Shown: positions 11,544 through 21,749 of the stretch, piece by piece
How the letters are laid out: each line of letters starts with the position of its first letter
How positions within the stretch are numbered: position 1 is the first letter of the stretch
Assembly: GCA_964255285.1 (NCBI GenBank)
Contig: CAXUUL010000038.1
Location: 1 to 49,259, forward strand
From: Ionaspis alba
Lineage: Eukaryota
DNA: 49,259 nt
Reading direction: 5' to 3'
Notes under the pieces: model-generated
Seen by the model: the letters and a program-made list of their open reading frames with translations, nothing else
What the model was told of the DNA's origin: nothing
The model's database searches: none
Position numbers and translations under genes: made by a program

Positions 11544-13541
11544 ATGGGTGTTGGGCGTCGCATGAAGAAGCAAGGTCCACCGGCTCCACTCAATGAAACT
11601 CGCATCTCCTCGTTGAAAAAAAGGAAAGCGCCAGACGCTGGACCGCTTGCGCACGACCAGAAAAGAAGGGCCCTCAAAACCTCCGCAGCACCTCCGCCGG
11701 CTCGAATATCTTCCAATGGAGCTCTCAATTCTGGTTTAAGGAAGGGAACCAAGGGGAACTTTGTCAATGGCAAGACAGCGCAAATTGATAGAAGTCAATA
11801 CCTCATGACCAAGCCAAAAGCTAGCCGCATATCAGACATCTCGGCTGAGAGCTCTGATGACGATGCTGCAGATCTACTTGGGACAGAACCTGGCGACAGC
11901 TCTTTGGGCAGCTCTGAGGACGAAGCTGCTCCGGCCGACCATGCACAGAATGATGAATTCCTAGATTCTGGATCCTCGGTTTACGACTCAGACCAAAACA
12001 ATACAATGTTCTCAGAGGACGAAGGGGAATCGGATGCGGAGGAAAAATTGACAGCAGCGAACATTGAAGGCTTGTCGCGGCGCTTGGACGCAGAACAAGA
12101 AGAGGATGCGGCCGACGCACAGCTCGAGCTTGAAGAAGCCGCTCTACAAACAAATATCGACGGAGATCGACCGAAGATACTTGAGGATCTATCAGATGAC
12201 GAAGCAGGCGCCAATTCTACTTCGCGGCTCGCACCGGATCTACAGCTGCTGCGCACACGTATAACAGACACCGTTCGAGTTCTCGACGACTTCTCGAAGC
12301 TCCACGAAGATGGCCGATCTCGTACTGACTACACCACACAGCTGCTCAAAGACATATGTGCGTACTATGGCTACTCCTCCTTTCTAGCCGAAAAGCTCTT
12401 CCACCTCTTCACGCCTCGCGAGGCATTTGCCTTTTTCGAAGCGAACGAAACACCTCGGCCGCTGGTCATCCGAACAAATACTCTCCGTACCCATCGCCGA
12501 GAGCTTGCGCAATCACTCATCAACCGTGGTGTGACTCTTGAGCCCGTGGGCAAGTGGTCGAAGGTCGGGCTACAAGTATTTGAATCGCAAGTTCCTCTAG
12601 GTGCAACTCCAGAGTACCTTGCAGGCCACTACATCCTGCAGGCTGCGTCATCCTTCCTCCCTGTCATGGCTCTTGCACCACAAGAACACGAACGTGTGCT
12701 TGATATGGCCGCTGCTCCTGGAGGCAAAACCACTTACATTGCCGCGCTGATGAAGAACACCGGATGTATATTTGCGAACGATAGCAATAAATCTCGAGCA
12801 AAGGGTCTCATTGGAAACATACATCGTTTGGGGGCCAAGAATACCATTGTTTGCAACTACGACGCGCGAGAGTTTCCAAGAGTAATGGGAGGATTTGACC
12901 GAGTACTCCTGGATGCGCCGTGCTCTGGTACTGGCGTCATTGCCAAAGATCCTAGCGTCAAGACAAATAAAACGGAGAAGGATTTTATGCTTCTGCCTCA
13001 TCTACAGAAACAACTACTTCTAGCGGCCATCGATTCGGTGGATCATGCAAGCAAAACCGGTGGTTACATCATCTACTCGACTTGCAGCGTCACGGTAGAA
13101 GAGAATGAGCAGGTAGTGCAATATGCGCTGTCGAAACGTCCGAATGTCAAGGTAGTCGAGACCGGCCTCACATTCGGAGTCCAGGGATTCACGAACTATA
13201 TGGGTAAGAAGTTCGATGCAAAGATGAACATGACGAGACGCTATTACCCTCATACATACAACGTCGACGGATTTTTTGTCAGCAAATTCAAGAAGTTCGC
13301 GCCTTCACCAGGAGCTGCAAGTGCTACTACGGGAGGAAGTGGAGCAGTGAATGGAACAAGGAATGAAGATGTCAGTGTCGATGATAAAGTACCGATCCAG
13401 GCCGAGGAGGATGAGTTTGCAAGCTTCGATGAAGGGGAGGATGAAACGTACATGGAGAAAGCAAAACGGAGACGAATGCGACGGAAAGGCGTGGATCCTA
13501 GGGCGATAAGGAATGGAGCCAAGGTTAATAGTAGAGGCTGA
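11544..13541 (+). CDS. NOP2: 25S rRNA cytosine-C5 methyltransferase Nop2
   Basis: Single ORF with GATPEYLAGHY, LDMAAAPGGKT, DRVLLDAPCSGTG, YSTCS and YYPHTYNVDGFFVSKFKK. Confidence 0.97.
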   Translation: MGVGRRMKKQGPPAPLNETRISSLKKRKAPDAGPLAHDQKRRALKTSAAPPPARISSNGALNSGLRKGTKGNFVNGKTAQIDRSQYLMTKPKASRISDISAESSDDDAADLLGTEPGDSSLGSSEDEAAPADHAQNDEFLDSGSSVYDSDQNNTMFSEDEGESDAEEKLTAANIEGLSRRLDAEQEEDAADAQLELEEAALQTNIDGDRPKILEDLSDDEAGANSTSRLAPDLQLLRTRITDTVRVLDDFSKLHEDGRSRTDYTTQLLKDICAYYGYSSFLAEKLFHLFTPREAFAFFEANETPRPLVIRTNTLRTHRRELAQSLINRGVTLEPVGKWSKVGLQVFESQVPLGATPEYLAGHYILQAASSFLPVMALAPQEHERVLDMAAAPGGKTTYIAALMKNTGCIFANDSNKSRAKGLIGNIHRLGAKNTIVCNYDAREFPRVMGGFDRVLLDAPCSGTGVIAKDPSVKTNKTEKDFMLLPHLQKQLLLAAIDSVDHASKTGGYIIYSTCSVTVEENEQVVQYALSKRPNVKVVETGLTFGVQGFTNYMGKKFDAKMNMTRRYYPHTYNVDGFFVSKFKKFAPSPGAASATTGGSGAVNGTRNEDVSVDDKVPIQAEEDEFASFDEGEDETYMEKAKRRRMRRKGVDPRAIRNGAKVNSRG

Positions 13542-13761
13542 CTTTTCATCTCATAGAACGGTTTGATATGAATATTTTAATGATCTTATTCCTCCAACCT
13601 GTCCGAGAGTTCCAGTCTCCGGTCTCTCGGTCTGAACACTTATCGTTCATTGTTGATATCCAAACCGCATGATCGAATGAACGAGTCGGGAACGGAAAGG
13701 CTCTCGAGTGGCATTATGTTGACCAAGGAGCCACAAGAACGCGTGATCGAGATCTGAAGTG

Positions 13762-14763
13762 TCAAAAGGCCAATATTCCATCCGCGAAGCTATCTTTCCA
13801 CAACAACGGGCAGGCTAGATCCTCTGGCCAAGGACCATTCGAGAGCTCGAGTTGTTCAGTAATATCGTCATATACGAATCGGCATTTCAAGACAGCAAGG
13901 CCAATGAAGCCGATAAACAAAGTCAACGTGTACACTCTGCTATACCTCATGGGCGTACGTGAAGATCCTATCGCTACACCTGCCAGTCCAACCATAGCCC
14001 ATATTATATTAAAGAAGAGTGATGAGACGGTGGTGCCGAAGGCCAGAGCGCGACCAGGATTCACAATGTATATAGTAGCAATCAAGGATGTCACGTGCAA
14101 AATCCAATGGAAAAGAAGATCCATTATGACCCGTCGTTCGTAATTCTGCCCCTCTTGATGGCTCTCCTTCAACCGAATGGTAGGTGTCAGAGTCAGAGAA
14201 ATCATTGACTGCATCAGTATGCACAATCCGCTTATTGCCATTAGTAGGGACCATCTGTCCACATTCGTCGCTGCGTCTCGCTGCATCCGCCTCACTCCGA
14301 GAATGACCGTTCCACAGCATTGCACTGCAATCAGGGTGAGAACAGCCAATCTGCCGAATCCAACAGCATCAGCTCTGAATTGCTGCGGTTCTGTATCCAA
14401 TTGGTCCCAAGAGCTGACCAGATTGAGTTCAATTGAATCATCGTCATACTCGTCGCCCACCGTAACCATTTTGCCAACCAAACCTGCAACGAAGATACCG
14501 AGCACTTTTCGTGACCATTTGTTCTTGTGAAATTTCCACAAAGCCAGAACAACGTACCGAATTGCAAGCACAGCCGGAAATACTGGATCAAAGTGATATG
14601 CCGCAAGCAGATAGAATTGTATAAAAGGTTCTCGGACGTTGCGAAGACTCCCAAAGTGCCCATAAATTGTCAATACCGTGCATTGAACAACGAGATATCG
14701 AATCAGAACCTCTCGAGGAGTACGCTGTTCTGAAAGGGGACAAACGACGTCGGTCGAAGCCAT
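13762..14763 (-). CDS. Hypothetical multi-pass membrane protein
   Basis: Uninterrupted ORF of about 333 aa from the ATG at 14763, with several hydrophobic segments and a C-terminal WPxxxxCPLLWKD. Family not recognised. Confidence 0.65.
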   Translation of the reverse strand: MASTDVVCPLSEQRTPREVLIRYLVVQCTVLTIYGHFGSLRNVREPFIQFYLLAAYHFDPVFPAVLAIRYVVLALWKFHKNKWSRKVLGIFVAGLVGKMVTVGDEYDDDSIELNLVSSWDQLDTEPQQFRADAVGFGRLAVLTLIAVQCCGTVILGVRRMQRDAATNVDRWSLLMAISGLCILMQSMISLTLTPTIRLKESHQEGQNYERRVIMDLLFHWILHVTSLIATIYIVNPGRALAFGTTVSSLFFNIIWAMVGLAGVAIGSSRTPMRYSRVYTLTLFIGFIGLAVLKCRFVYDDITEQLELSNGPWPEDLACPLLWKDSFADGILAF

Positions 14764-15451
14764 GAGAGCTGTAGAAACGGTATTGCTTTTGATGATTGCC
14801 GATCTGGTCAAATCAGAACTGTGGTCTTCATCAGCCCAGTGGCACTTCTGTGCGGCAGGGATAGCTGTTGAAGCTTAGAATGCATACATCGCCTTGAGTG
14901 TCTGTCCAAATCCAAGGAGTAGGCATTTAAATTTGGAAATAAATCCACGCAACGAGCGCAGGTTGTCATTGCTAATAAACCTGGCCCTCAATACAGCTCG
15001 GAATTGGCATGTAACCAACCCCACCCACCGAGAAAGCCATTCGGTGCGCCTCCGGCCCAAATTAGTGAGGTTTCTAAGATCCAGTACTATGCAACGTCAA
15101 TTTATTTGCCCAGCTCAAACGCCATCATGGTGGAAGAGTCCATATGTATGAATACCTGTGTGTCTATCTACCGCAACCGAAAGCAGGGCTCTCCAATAAT
15201 GAAGAACACCCCTTTCTGATACAACTACAAAAGCCGGTTTAACCCCAAAGAGAACGTCCTTCAGACCATTTCTAGGTAAGATTAGGCATCTCCACGCCTT
15301 AAACACCATGCAGCCTCGCTCAACAAACTCTCATAGAGAATCGTCATATCATGGTCTATGCAATTTCCTCTCCACCCTTGTCCACCTCTCTCCAACTCTC
15401 TGGATCGCACCCACTCTATTCTCTCCGTTTTTCTACATCTCGATACCGCTT

Positions 15452-18400
15452 TCAAGTCCGCCAGATCTTCACAACAGCATCAACCGGCCTTCTGCAAATC
15501 GGACAATCGCTGACCTGCCTCGCACACTCCTCGCAAGCAGCGACATGGCCACAGCGATAGAAGAGCGCGTCCATCTCAGCCTCATAGCAGATCTTGCACA
15601 TAGCCAGATCCTCGTCTGCGACCTCGAACTGCATAGTCCCCTTGCCATGCCTCTTGCCATTCTTCCAGCCGCCAGTGTAGGTATTGCCTGTAGTGCCGTA
15701 GACCATAGTACCCTGACCATTAGGATCGCCATTGGACCAATTACCGGTGTACGTGTCTCCATTTGCGAATTTCATTGTTCCATGGCCGCTGTATAGGCCC
15801 GAGGTGCAATTTCCTGCATAAGCGTCGCCAGCACTGTTGATGCGGACGCATTGGCCATGGGGACGACCCCTTTTGATAGAAGTCTTGAGGTACTGCCCAC
15901 CGAAGTAGTAGAAAAGAAGAGGGTCCAATTCGTACGCAGGGTTGCCTTTCGAGCGCAAGTAGTCATAGTAGTCCTCGACGTCCTTGCAATCGCCACGAGC
16001 AACTATGGCTTCGGCCTCGGCAGGGGGAAGCTCCTCTTGGATGATGAGCGCAGTGCCCGATGACACACTGTTGAAAGACCTTCCTGTTAGGCCAGAGTCC
16101 CATCTGCGCAAGTCACCACCACAATACTCCTTGTGGATGATGTACTTCTTGTTTGGAAGTACTATCTGGAGACGCTCTAATGTTTCGCAGACAATATCTC
16201 CGTCCGAAACGATATAGCTGCCAATGCCCGCCAGAGTCTGAGTCTTTGGGTCGAAGCTCTTGACGAAGAAGTACGTTTCTTCGGCAGAGATCATGGGAGT
16301 TGGTGCGGGGACAGGAGGAGCAGTTTGCACGGGGGGCGACTGTTCCTGGGCTGGTGCTTCTGAAGTCGATTGTGCTGTGGTCGATTCCTCTGCGGCTGGA
16401 TGCTCGTGGCCTTGTTGCTCCGAGTCCTGTTGAACTGGTTCTTGCTGTTCTGGAGCTTGTTGTTCCGGGGCATCGTCTTGCGTGCCGCTCATGATCACAT
16501 CGCCTGTGCCTTCCCCTGTGCCTTCCCCTGTGCCTTCACCTGTACCTTCACCTGTACCTTCACCTGTGCTATCAGCGACAACTTCAGAAGCGATGATCGT
16601 AGGTGTGGGCTCTGCGATCGCTACCATAGGTGTATCGTTCATAGTAGCATCAGCAGGCACTGCAGGTGGTGATGTGGCGACTGGGATTGAGTCGATAGAC
16701 ACAATGTGTAGCCATAGATGACAGCCTCCATATTCTTCGACAATAGTTTTTAGTCTGGTCTCCAGAGTAAGCTCTCTCAACCTCGGCCAAACTCGACAGT
16801 TTGCTCCAGAACTGAGGCCTTTCACGGTAGAGTCCATTGCCCAGATCTTACACTGTTCCGGCATGCCCACAATGTTGAGCTTAGACACGATGTGCTCTCG
16901 AACATCGCATACCGTCGCTGACGAAGGCAGACTGAATCGGAACATTCGATTGGCATCAAGATGAATCTTGTTGCTCTCTGCCCACAAATCCACGAAGCCT
17001 CTATCGGACCAACCAGCAAACATACTGGACTCAAAAAGATGAATTGGCATTAGCTCGTCATCGAGTTTTTCATTCACATCAGCGTTAGCAGGCGCTATCG
17101 CTGTACCGTTGGTCTCGACTTGAATAATCTGACTTGCTTCAAGTGATGCCCCATTTGCAACGACGTCTTCATTTGACGTGGGCGACGGAGAATGTTTCGA
17201 GATTGGTAGCATATCCTCAATGATATCGGACCGCACATAAGTCACAATGTAAGCAACGGAGGCTGTGGCGTCGGCAGAATCCCCTTGATGGGCATCTATT
17301 GCCTGCTTTCTGGTGAGAATGACCGTGGCGTTGTCAATCGGCTTGTCGTATTGTATCCATTGTGATTCTGGCCCACCCGGCCGGACTATGGATGAGAAAT
17401 CACCAGACCCTAATTCACCGTTGTGAATTATCAGAGCATAGAGTGTATACTCTTGGCGCTCTGGGGTTGGCAGAAAGACGGTCTCGTCAATTGCAATGCG
17501 ATGTGTCAACTTCTTCCATCTGCGAGCCTTCATATCGTAATCTTGGCGATGAAGCTCTAATTGCAGAACGGCGGGCGGCTCATGTGCTTTGTTCCATGAA
17601 CTATCAAGGGTTTCTTGGACACTTCGAGGTTCATGCTTGTCCACCTCCATGGACTCTGCCTCCGATAAGATATCTGGCTCTAGGCCCTGGCGTAGAGTTG
17701 TGAGCGCCGGATGAGCTTCCTCAATGGAAGTAGGACCATCCCAGTGCCCACTCTCTTTACTCAGGATGCGCAGTAACGTATCCCATATCTCCATCACATC
17801 AGAGTCAGATTCCGCCCCACGATCATACCATCCGAGTACTTTCGCCAAAGATGCCAGAGACAGGAAGCTGGATTTGGCCTGAGCTATCTCCACGTAGAGC
17901 TTTTGTAACTCGGATATTAAGGGCTTGGGCGGAGTGTCAAGGTCTTTCGAGGGATCAGGTAAAGCTTCACTCGTGACCCTATCCTTGAACATTTCCAAAT
18001 GGATCCAAGTAGACAAGGCGGCTACAAGAGCATCTGAATCATAAGTCCGCATCCCCAGATGACCGGTCTTCGCGAGACTATCCCACGATGTGCAATTATC
18101 GAGCTGATTCCACCACAACGCACCCGTCGGATCATTGAAAGTGCGGATGTATGCTGTGAAAGCCAAAGTGTCGTGGCAAAGTATGGCTTTACGCTGGAGG
18201 TGTTGCCGTTTGTGTATGAGGTCCCAAGGTCCATGGAAGCGGACCCATCCAAAATCCTGACTACCAGACTCGAAATGGTGTTTCCCGTTCTCGTGCACTT
18301 TCACTCGTGGCTCTTGTGGATTGTACATTACGCAGCCAATTTGAGCAGCAACATTCCAATGAGCCTTACGATAAGACGCCAGCTTCTCTTCAGCAGCTTG

Positions 18401-19528
18401 CATGGCGCTTGTGTGCTTCTCGACTCCGTCCATGCTCTTGTCATGACCGTTAGCGAATACTTCCGTCGCCCTGGTTCCCGCATCCGTGTCGTTACTGCTG
18501 GTCAACGGGCCTAAGCACTCCACATGTACGCTGAGATGATCGGTGCGCTCGCTTCCTCGCGGATAGAGCTTGATCTTCCAATCGAAGCCGCCAATGCTCA
18601 CGGCTGGCGATTCCATGACACGTTCTCTGTTTGGTGCTTCTTTAGTGCCGTGGAATGCGTTTACAATCCATGTAATCCGTCCCACATCCCCCACTGTTAT
18701 CTCAGGATCGCTGACGATATCCTCGAAGGTAACTTTCTCCCAGTGGTCGTGGTCCTGCGCCGAAATTTCGTTGCCAACACGCTCGATCTCTTGAAGTTCC
18801 TCGTCGGATGGACCTGACTCATCTTCCTGAAAGCTCGCCCAGAACCCCTGTTCATCTTCTAAGGAATCATCCTCTGTACCATCGTCGTCATCATCACCAC
18901 GTCCTGGGGGTGGGTCGGTTGTGTCGGTAGTAGATCTTTCCAACTCAGCCAGACGCACTTGGGGTGGTGGGGGTGGAACAATAATGAGTTCAACAGAGGG
19001 TATATTTGTGTCAGAGTCAGAACGATTAGGAAGTGATTGACCTGCGGTATCGTTTGTTGTCTCCTGGTCTAGAAGAGTAGGAAGCCAATCGCCAGAGCGA
19101 TATGTAGCATTGTCCATGGCGGTATCAGAAACACTAGGGAGCGGCTGAGACACTGTATGACCATTTTCACCCATATCAGTATCTATCCGGTCATGATTCT
19201 GCCCTTGTATGTCTCTGGAAGACTGGAAAGTGGAGTCCGGAGATCCCGTGGATGCTGAGGTCAGTTCGTCTGCGGGACGCGAGATTAGGATAGCGTCTTC
19301 GTCCATGGCATCATGGCTCGAATTTTCAGGGCTAAGAGCAACACTCTCCCCGCTGCGTGAAACTATGCGGTGAGGAGCCTGGGGAATTTCAGTTTCCGAG
19401 GACGGCGACGGCGAGTTGCGGTCAGAGGGGTGGGGAAAGGAAGGGCGTGGAGATTCGTTGCTGTTATTTGCGTAAGACAGTAGAGAAGCTTCAATTCTGT
19501 GCGAGGCTGGACTTAAAGCAGTGGTCAT
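15452..19528 (-). CDS. MATH + degenerate USP (UCH-like) + MORN repeats + C-terminal RING finger protein
   Basis: MATH (GGFDWKIKLYPRG...HLSVHVEC...DFGWVRF), USP-like segments (PPAVLQLELHR, YTLYALIIHNG), MORN repeats (GDTYTGNWSNGDPNGQG, GNTYTGGWKNGKRHGKG) and RING CKIC...CGHVAACEEC...CPICR. Confidence 0.88.
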   Translation of the reverse strand: MTTALSPASHRIEASLLSYANNSNESPRPSFPHPSDRNSPSPSSETEIPQAPHRIVSRSGESVALSPENSSHDAMDEDAILISRPADELTSASTGSPDSTFQSSRDIQGQNHDRIDTDMGENGHTVSQPLPSVSDTAMDNATYRSGDWLPTLLDQETTNDTAGQSLPNRSDSDTNIPSVELIIVPPPPPQVRLAELERSTTDTTDPPPGRGDDDDDGTEDDSLEDEQGFWASFQEDESGPSDEELQEIERVGNEISAQDHDHWEKVTFEDIVSDPEITVGDVGRITWIVNAFHGTKEAPNRERVMESPAVSIGGFDWKIKLYPRGSERTDHLSVHVECLGPLTSSNDTDAGTRATEVFANGHDKSMDGVEKHTSAMQAAEEKLASYRKAHWNVAAQIGCVMYNPQEPRVKVHENGKHHFESGSQDFGWVRFHGPWDLIHKRQHLQRKAILCHDTLAFTAYIRTFNDPTGALWWNQLDNCTSWDSLAKTGHLGMRTYDSDALVAALSTWIHLEMFKDRVTSEALPDPSKDLDTPPKPLISELQKLYVEIAQAKSSFLSLASLAKVLGWYDRGAESDSDVMEIWDTLLRILSKESGHWDGPTSIEEAHPALTTLRQGLEPDILSEAESMEVDKHEPRSVQETLDSSWNKAHEPPAVLQLELHRQDYDMKARRWKKLTHRIAIDETVFLPTPERQEYTLYALIIHNGELGSGDFSSIVRPGGPESQWIQYDKPIDNATVILTRKQAIDAHQGDSADATASVAYIVTYVRSDIIEDMLPISKHSPSPTSNEDVVANGASLEASQIIQVETNGTAIAPANADVNEKLDDELMPIHLFESSMFAGWSDRGFVDLWAESNKIHLDANRMFRFSLPSSATVCDVREHIVSKLNIVGMPEQCKIWAMDSTVKGLSSGANCRVWPRLRELTLETRLKTIVEEYGGCHLWLHIVSIDSIPVATSPPAVPADATMNDTPMVAIAEPTPTIIASEVVADSTGEGTGEGTGEGTGEGTGEGTGDVIMSGTQDDAPEQQAPEQQEPVQQDSEQQGHEHPAAEESTTAQSTSEAPAQEQSPPVQTAPPVPAPTPMISAEETYFFVKSFDPKTQTLAGIGSYIVSDGDIVCETLERLQIVLPNKKYIIHKEYCGGDLRRWDSGLTGRSFNSVSSGTALIIQEELPPAEAEAIVARGDCKDVEDYYDYLRSKGNPAYELDPLLFYYFGGQYLKTSIKRGRPHGQCVRINSAGDAYAGNCTSGLYSGHGTMKFANGDTYTGNWSNGDPNGQGTMVYGTTGNTYTGGWKNGKRHGKGTMQFEVADEDLAMCKICYEAEMDALFYRCGHVAACEECARQVSDCPICRRPVDAVVKIWRT
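16503..16569. repeat. 12-bp coding tandem repeat (CCTGTRCCTTCM x ~5.5) encoding (TGEG)n
   Basis: Directly visible; translates as TGEGTGEGTGEGTGEGTGEGTG on the minus strand. Confidence 0.95.
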
Positions 19529-20458
19529 CGTTCTGGTATCCTCTTGCTAAGAATGCTGTAGTAGAACAAATTGAGTCATATGAACGATTCACATGGAGGT
19601 AATGAATAGGTCAAAGTTCACAATATGGTCATAGAAGAAGTCTTGAGATTCTATTTGTATGTTGAAAGCCCGAGAAGAATGGTCAGGGTGGATCTGATGG
19701 TGACTCAGGGTCGGTAGGCAGCTATCGTGGAGAAAAGCAGCAGCTTGCTGGCTCTGGATTCTTATCCGCAGAGCCTCACAGCCTCAGAACGTTGTCCGAC
19801 TTTAGAGTTTGCGCTACGGCGTTTAGTTCCACTCTCAATGAGGGTGATGGGATTGGCAGCCTCATAAGTGAACGAGCCCCAGACTGTCTCCTATGGCTCA
19901 TAAAAGGTAGAGCATGCTAAACATAGCTGCAACTACGGACTTCGATGGAACAACAGAACCGTGCTACTCCTAGACATTACTAACCTGATAACGAGTTGTT
20001 GTTTCGGTGAGACACACTACTATAACGGTGTTGCAGTTGGAAGATCGGCAACGGCCGTGATCTAATCAGACAAATCTTGCCACCATGATCACGACCAGAA
20101 CCCCGTATGCTACACTTCAAGTCTCTTACGTCTCAGCTGCAGAAATCATGTGTGCCAGTGGTCTGTCAATCATCTTCAATGACCAAGCGAAGATAACACA
20201 TGACAATATATTCATCTCATTATCCGAATTGTGATGTCAATTCTTTCAGATTCGTCCACCAGGAGTATCGAGATGTTTAGCAGAGTTGTTAAGTTTACTA
20301 TGCCGCCCAAACTAGACATGTTGCTACATGTCATACAGTATCATACAACAGGACAAAGCTTTTCCAAAAAACGCTATGAGAGTCGCTAAATCCAATACGC
20401 CCGTCCTCCGTCCCAATGCAATATCAGAACCAAAGAAAAGGATATATCACATGCTCAT

Positions 20459-21749
20459 TCAGTCCTCCCACTCAGAGTCCTCGTCCTGCTTTGACTTCTT
20501 CTTGTCGTCTTTCTTCTTGTCTTTTGGCTTGTCAGCAGGCTTCTTCACTTCCTTCTTCTTGTCATCCTTCGGCTTATCAGCTGCCTTCTTGTCATCCTTT
20601 GGCTTGTCGGCAGGCTTCTTCTCATCCTTTGGCTTCTTCTCGTCCTTCTTGCCATCCTTGGATTTCTTCTCCTCTTTCTTGTGGTCTTTCTTGTGGCTCT
20701 TTCCTTTGCCTTTTCCTTTGCCCTTGGATTTCTTCTCACAGCAGCAGCAGCAGTCGTCATCATCATCGTGCTTCTTGCCCTTGTGGTGTTTCTTGCCCTT
20801 GCCCTTCTCCTTTGGCTTTAGAGAACCAGGCTTCTTGTCCTTGGCAGGGGTCTTCTTGTCGGCTTCTTTCTTCTTCTTCTCCTCTTCCTTCTTCTTGTCA
20901 TCCTCTGGCTTGCCAGCCTCGGCCTCAGCCTCAGCNNNNNNNNNNNNNNNNNNNNNNNNNNNNNNNNNNNNNNNNNNNNNNNNNNNNNNNNNNNNNNNNN
21001 NNNNNNNNNNNNNNNNNNNNNNNNNNNNNNNNNNNGCCTCAGCCTCAGCATAAGCTTCAGGTTCAGCGTCAGCCCAAGCGTCGGCCTCTGCTTCAGCGTC
21101 ACGCTTGTCGTGGTCCTTCTTCTTGTGATCTACGTCCTTGTCCTTCTTCCCGTGCTTTCCATGCTTCTTGCCTTTCCTCCCGTGTTTCTTTCCCTTGCGG
21201 CTCTTGCAACTACACTTGCCCTTCTTCTTGCCCTTGCGAGACTTTCCATGTTTGCCATGGTGTTTTGATTTGCGAGGCTTCTCCTCGTCATCATCCTTCT
21301 TCTTGCTGGGAGAGGATGACTTCTCATCCTTCTTGTCGTCCTTCTTGTCGTCCTTCTTGCTAGCGGATGTTTCCTTCTTGTCGTCCTTCTTCTCATCTTT
21401 CTTCTCGTCCTTCTTGCCGCCGAAGAGAGACTAGCAGGATGTTAGCATAAGTCTAGTGCGTGCGCATACTGTGCGATGAGTTCTCCTTACTTGGACGGCA
21501 GCAAGCGGATCTCGGGCCTCAAGGAATCCAGTATCAACTTCAGAAGCTAGGCGCCTCTCGAGGAAGTCCAGACGTTCTTCAAGCGGGGCTCGTGCAACAT
21601 GGCTGACGCTGTTATCGTCTTGGACTGGAGCTGCCAAGGACAAGGCACTGAGGAGAGCGAGGCCCAGAATCTGCTCAGACATCAGTTGGCTGTGACGAAA
21701 TGTGGGAACGACAAGTAGTGGGCAGACTCACCTTAGTAGAGACCATCAT
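20459..21749 (-). CDS. Secreted, highly charged Lys/Asp/His-rich protein with a Kex2 site and X-Ala dipeptide run
   Basis: Exons 21749-21732, 21670-21491 and 21430-20459 with canonical introns. Signal peptide MMVSTKILGLALLSALSLA|APV, then KKDEKK repeats, KHHGKHGK, KR-DAEAEADAWADAEPEAYAEAEA and DDDDDCCCCC. Spans an N gap. Confidence 0.82.
20936..21035. other. Assembly gap (100 N) inside a GCCTCA (Glu-Ala)n repeat
   Basis: N run flanked on both sides by gcctca units. Confidence 0.95.

Noticed and set aside
16503..16569. Repeat array resembling CRISPR or regulatory repeats
   Set aside because: It has no spacers and is an in-frame coding minisatellite in a disordered linker of a eukaryotic gene.
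20328..21434. Phe/Ser/Leu-rich plus-strand ORFs
   Set aside because: They are antisense shadows of the Lys/Asp/Glu-rich minus-strand gene.
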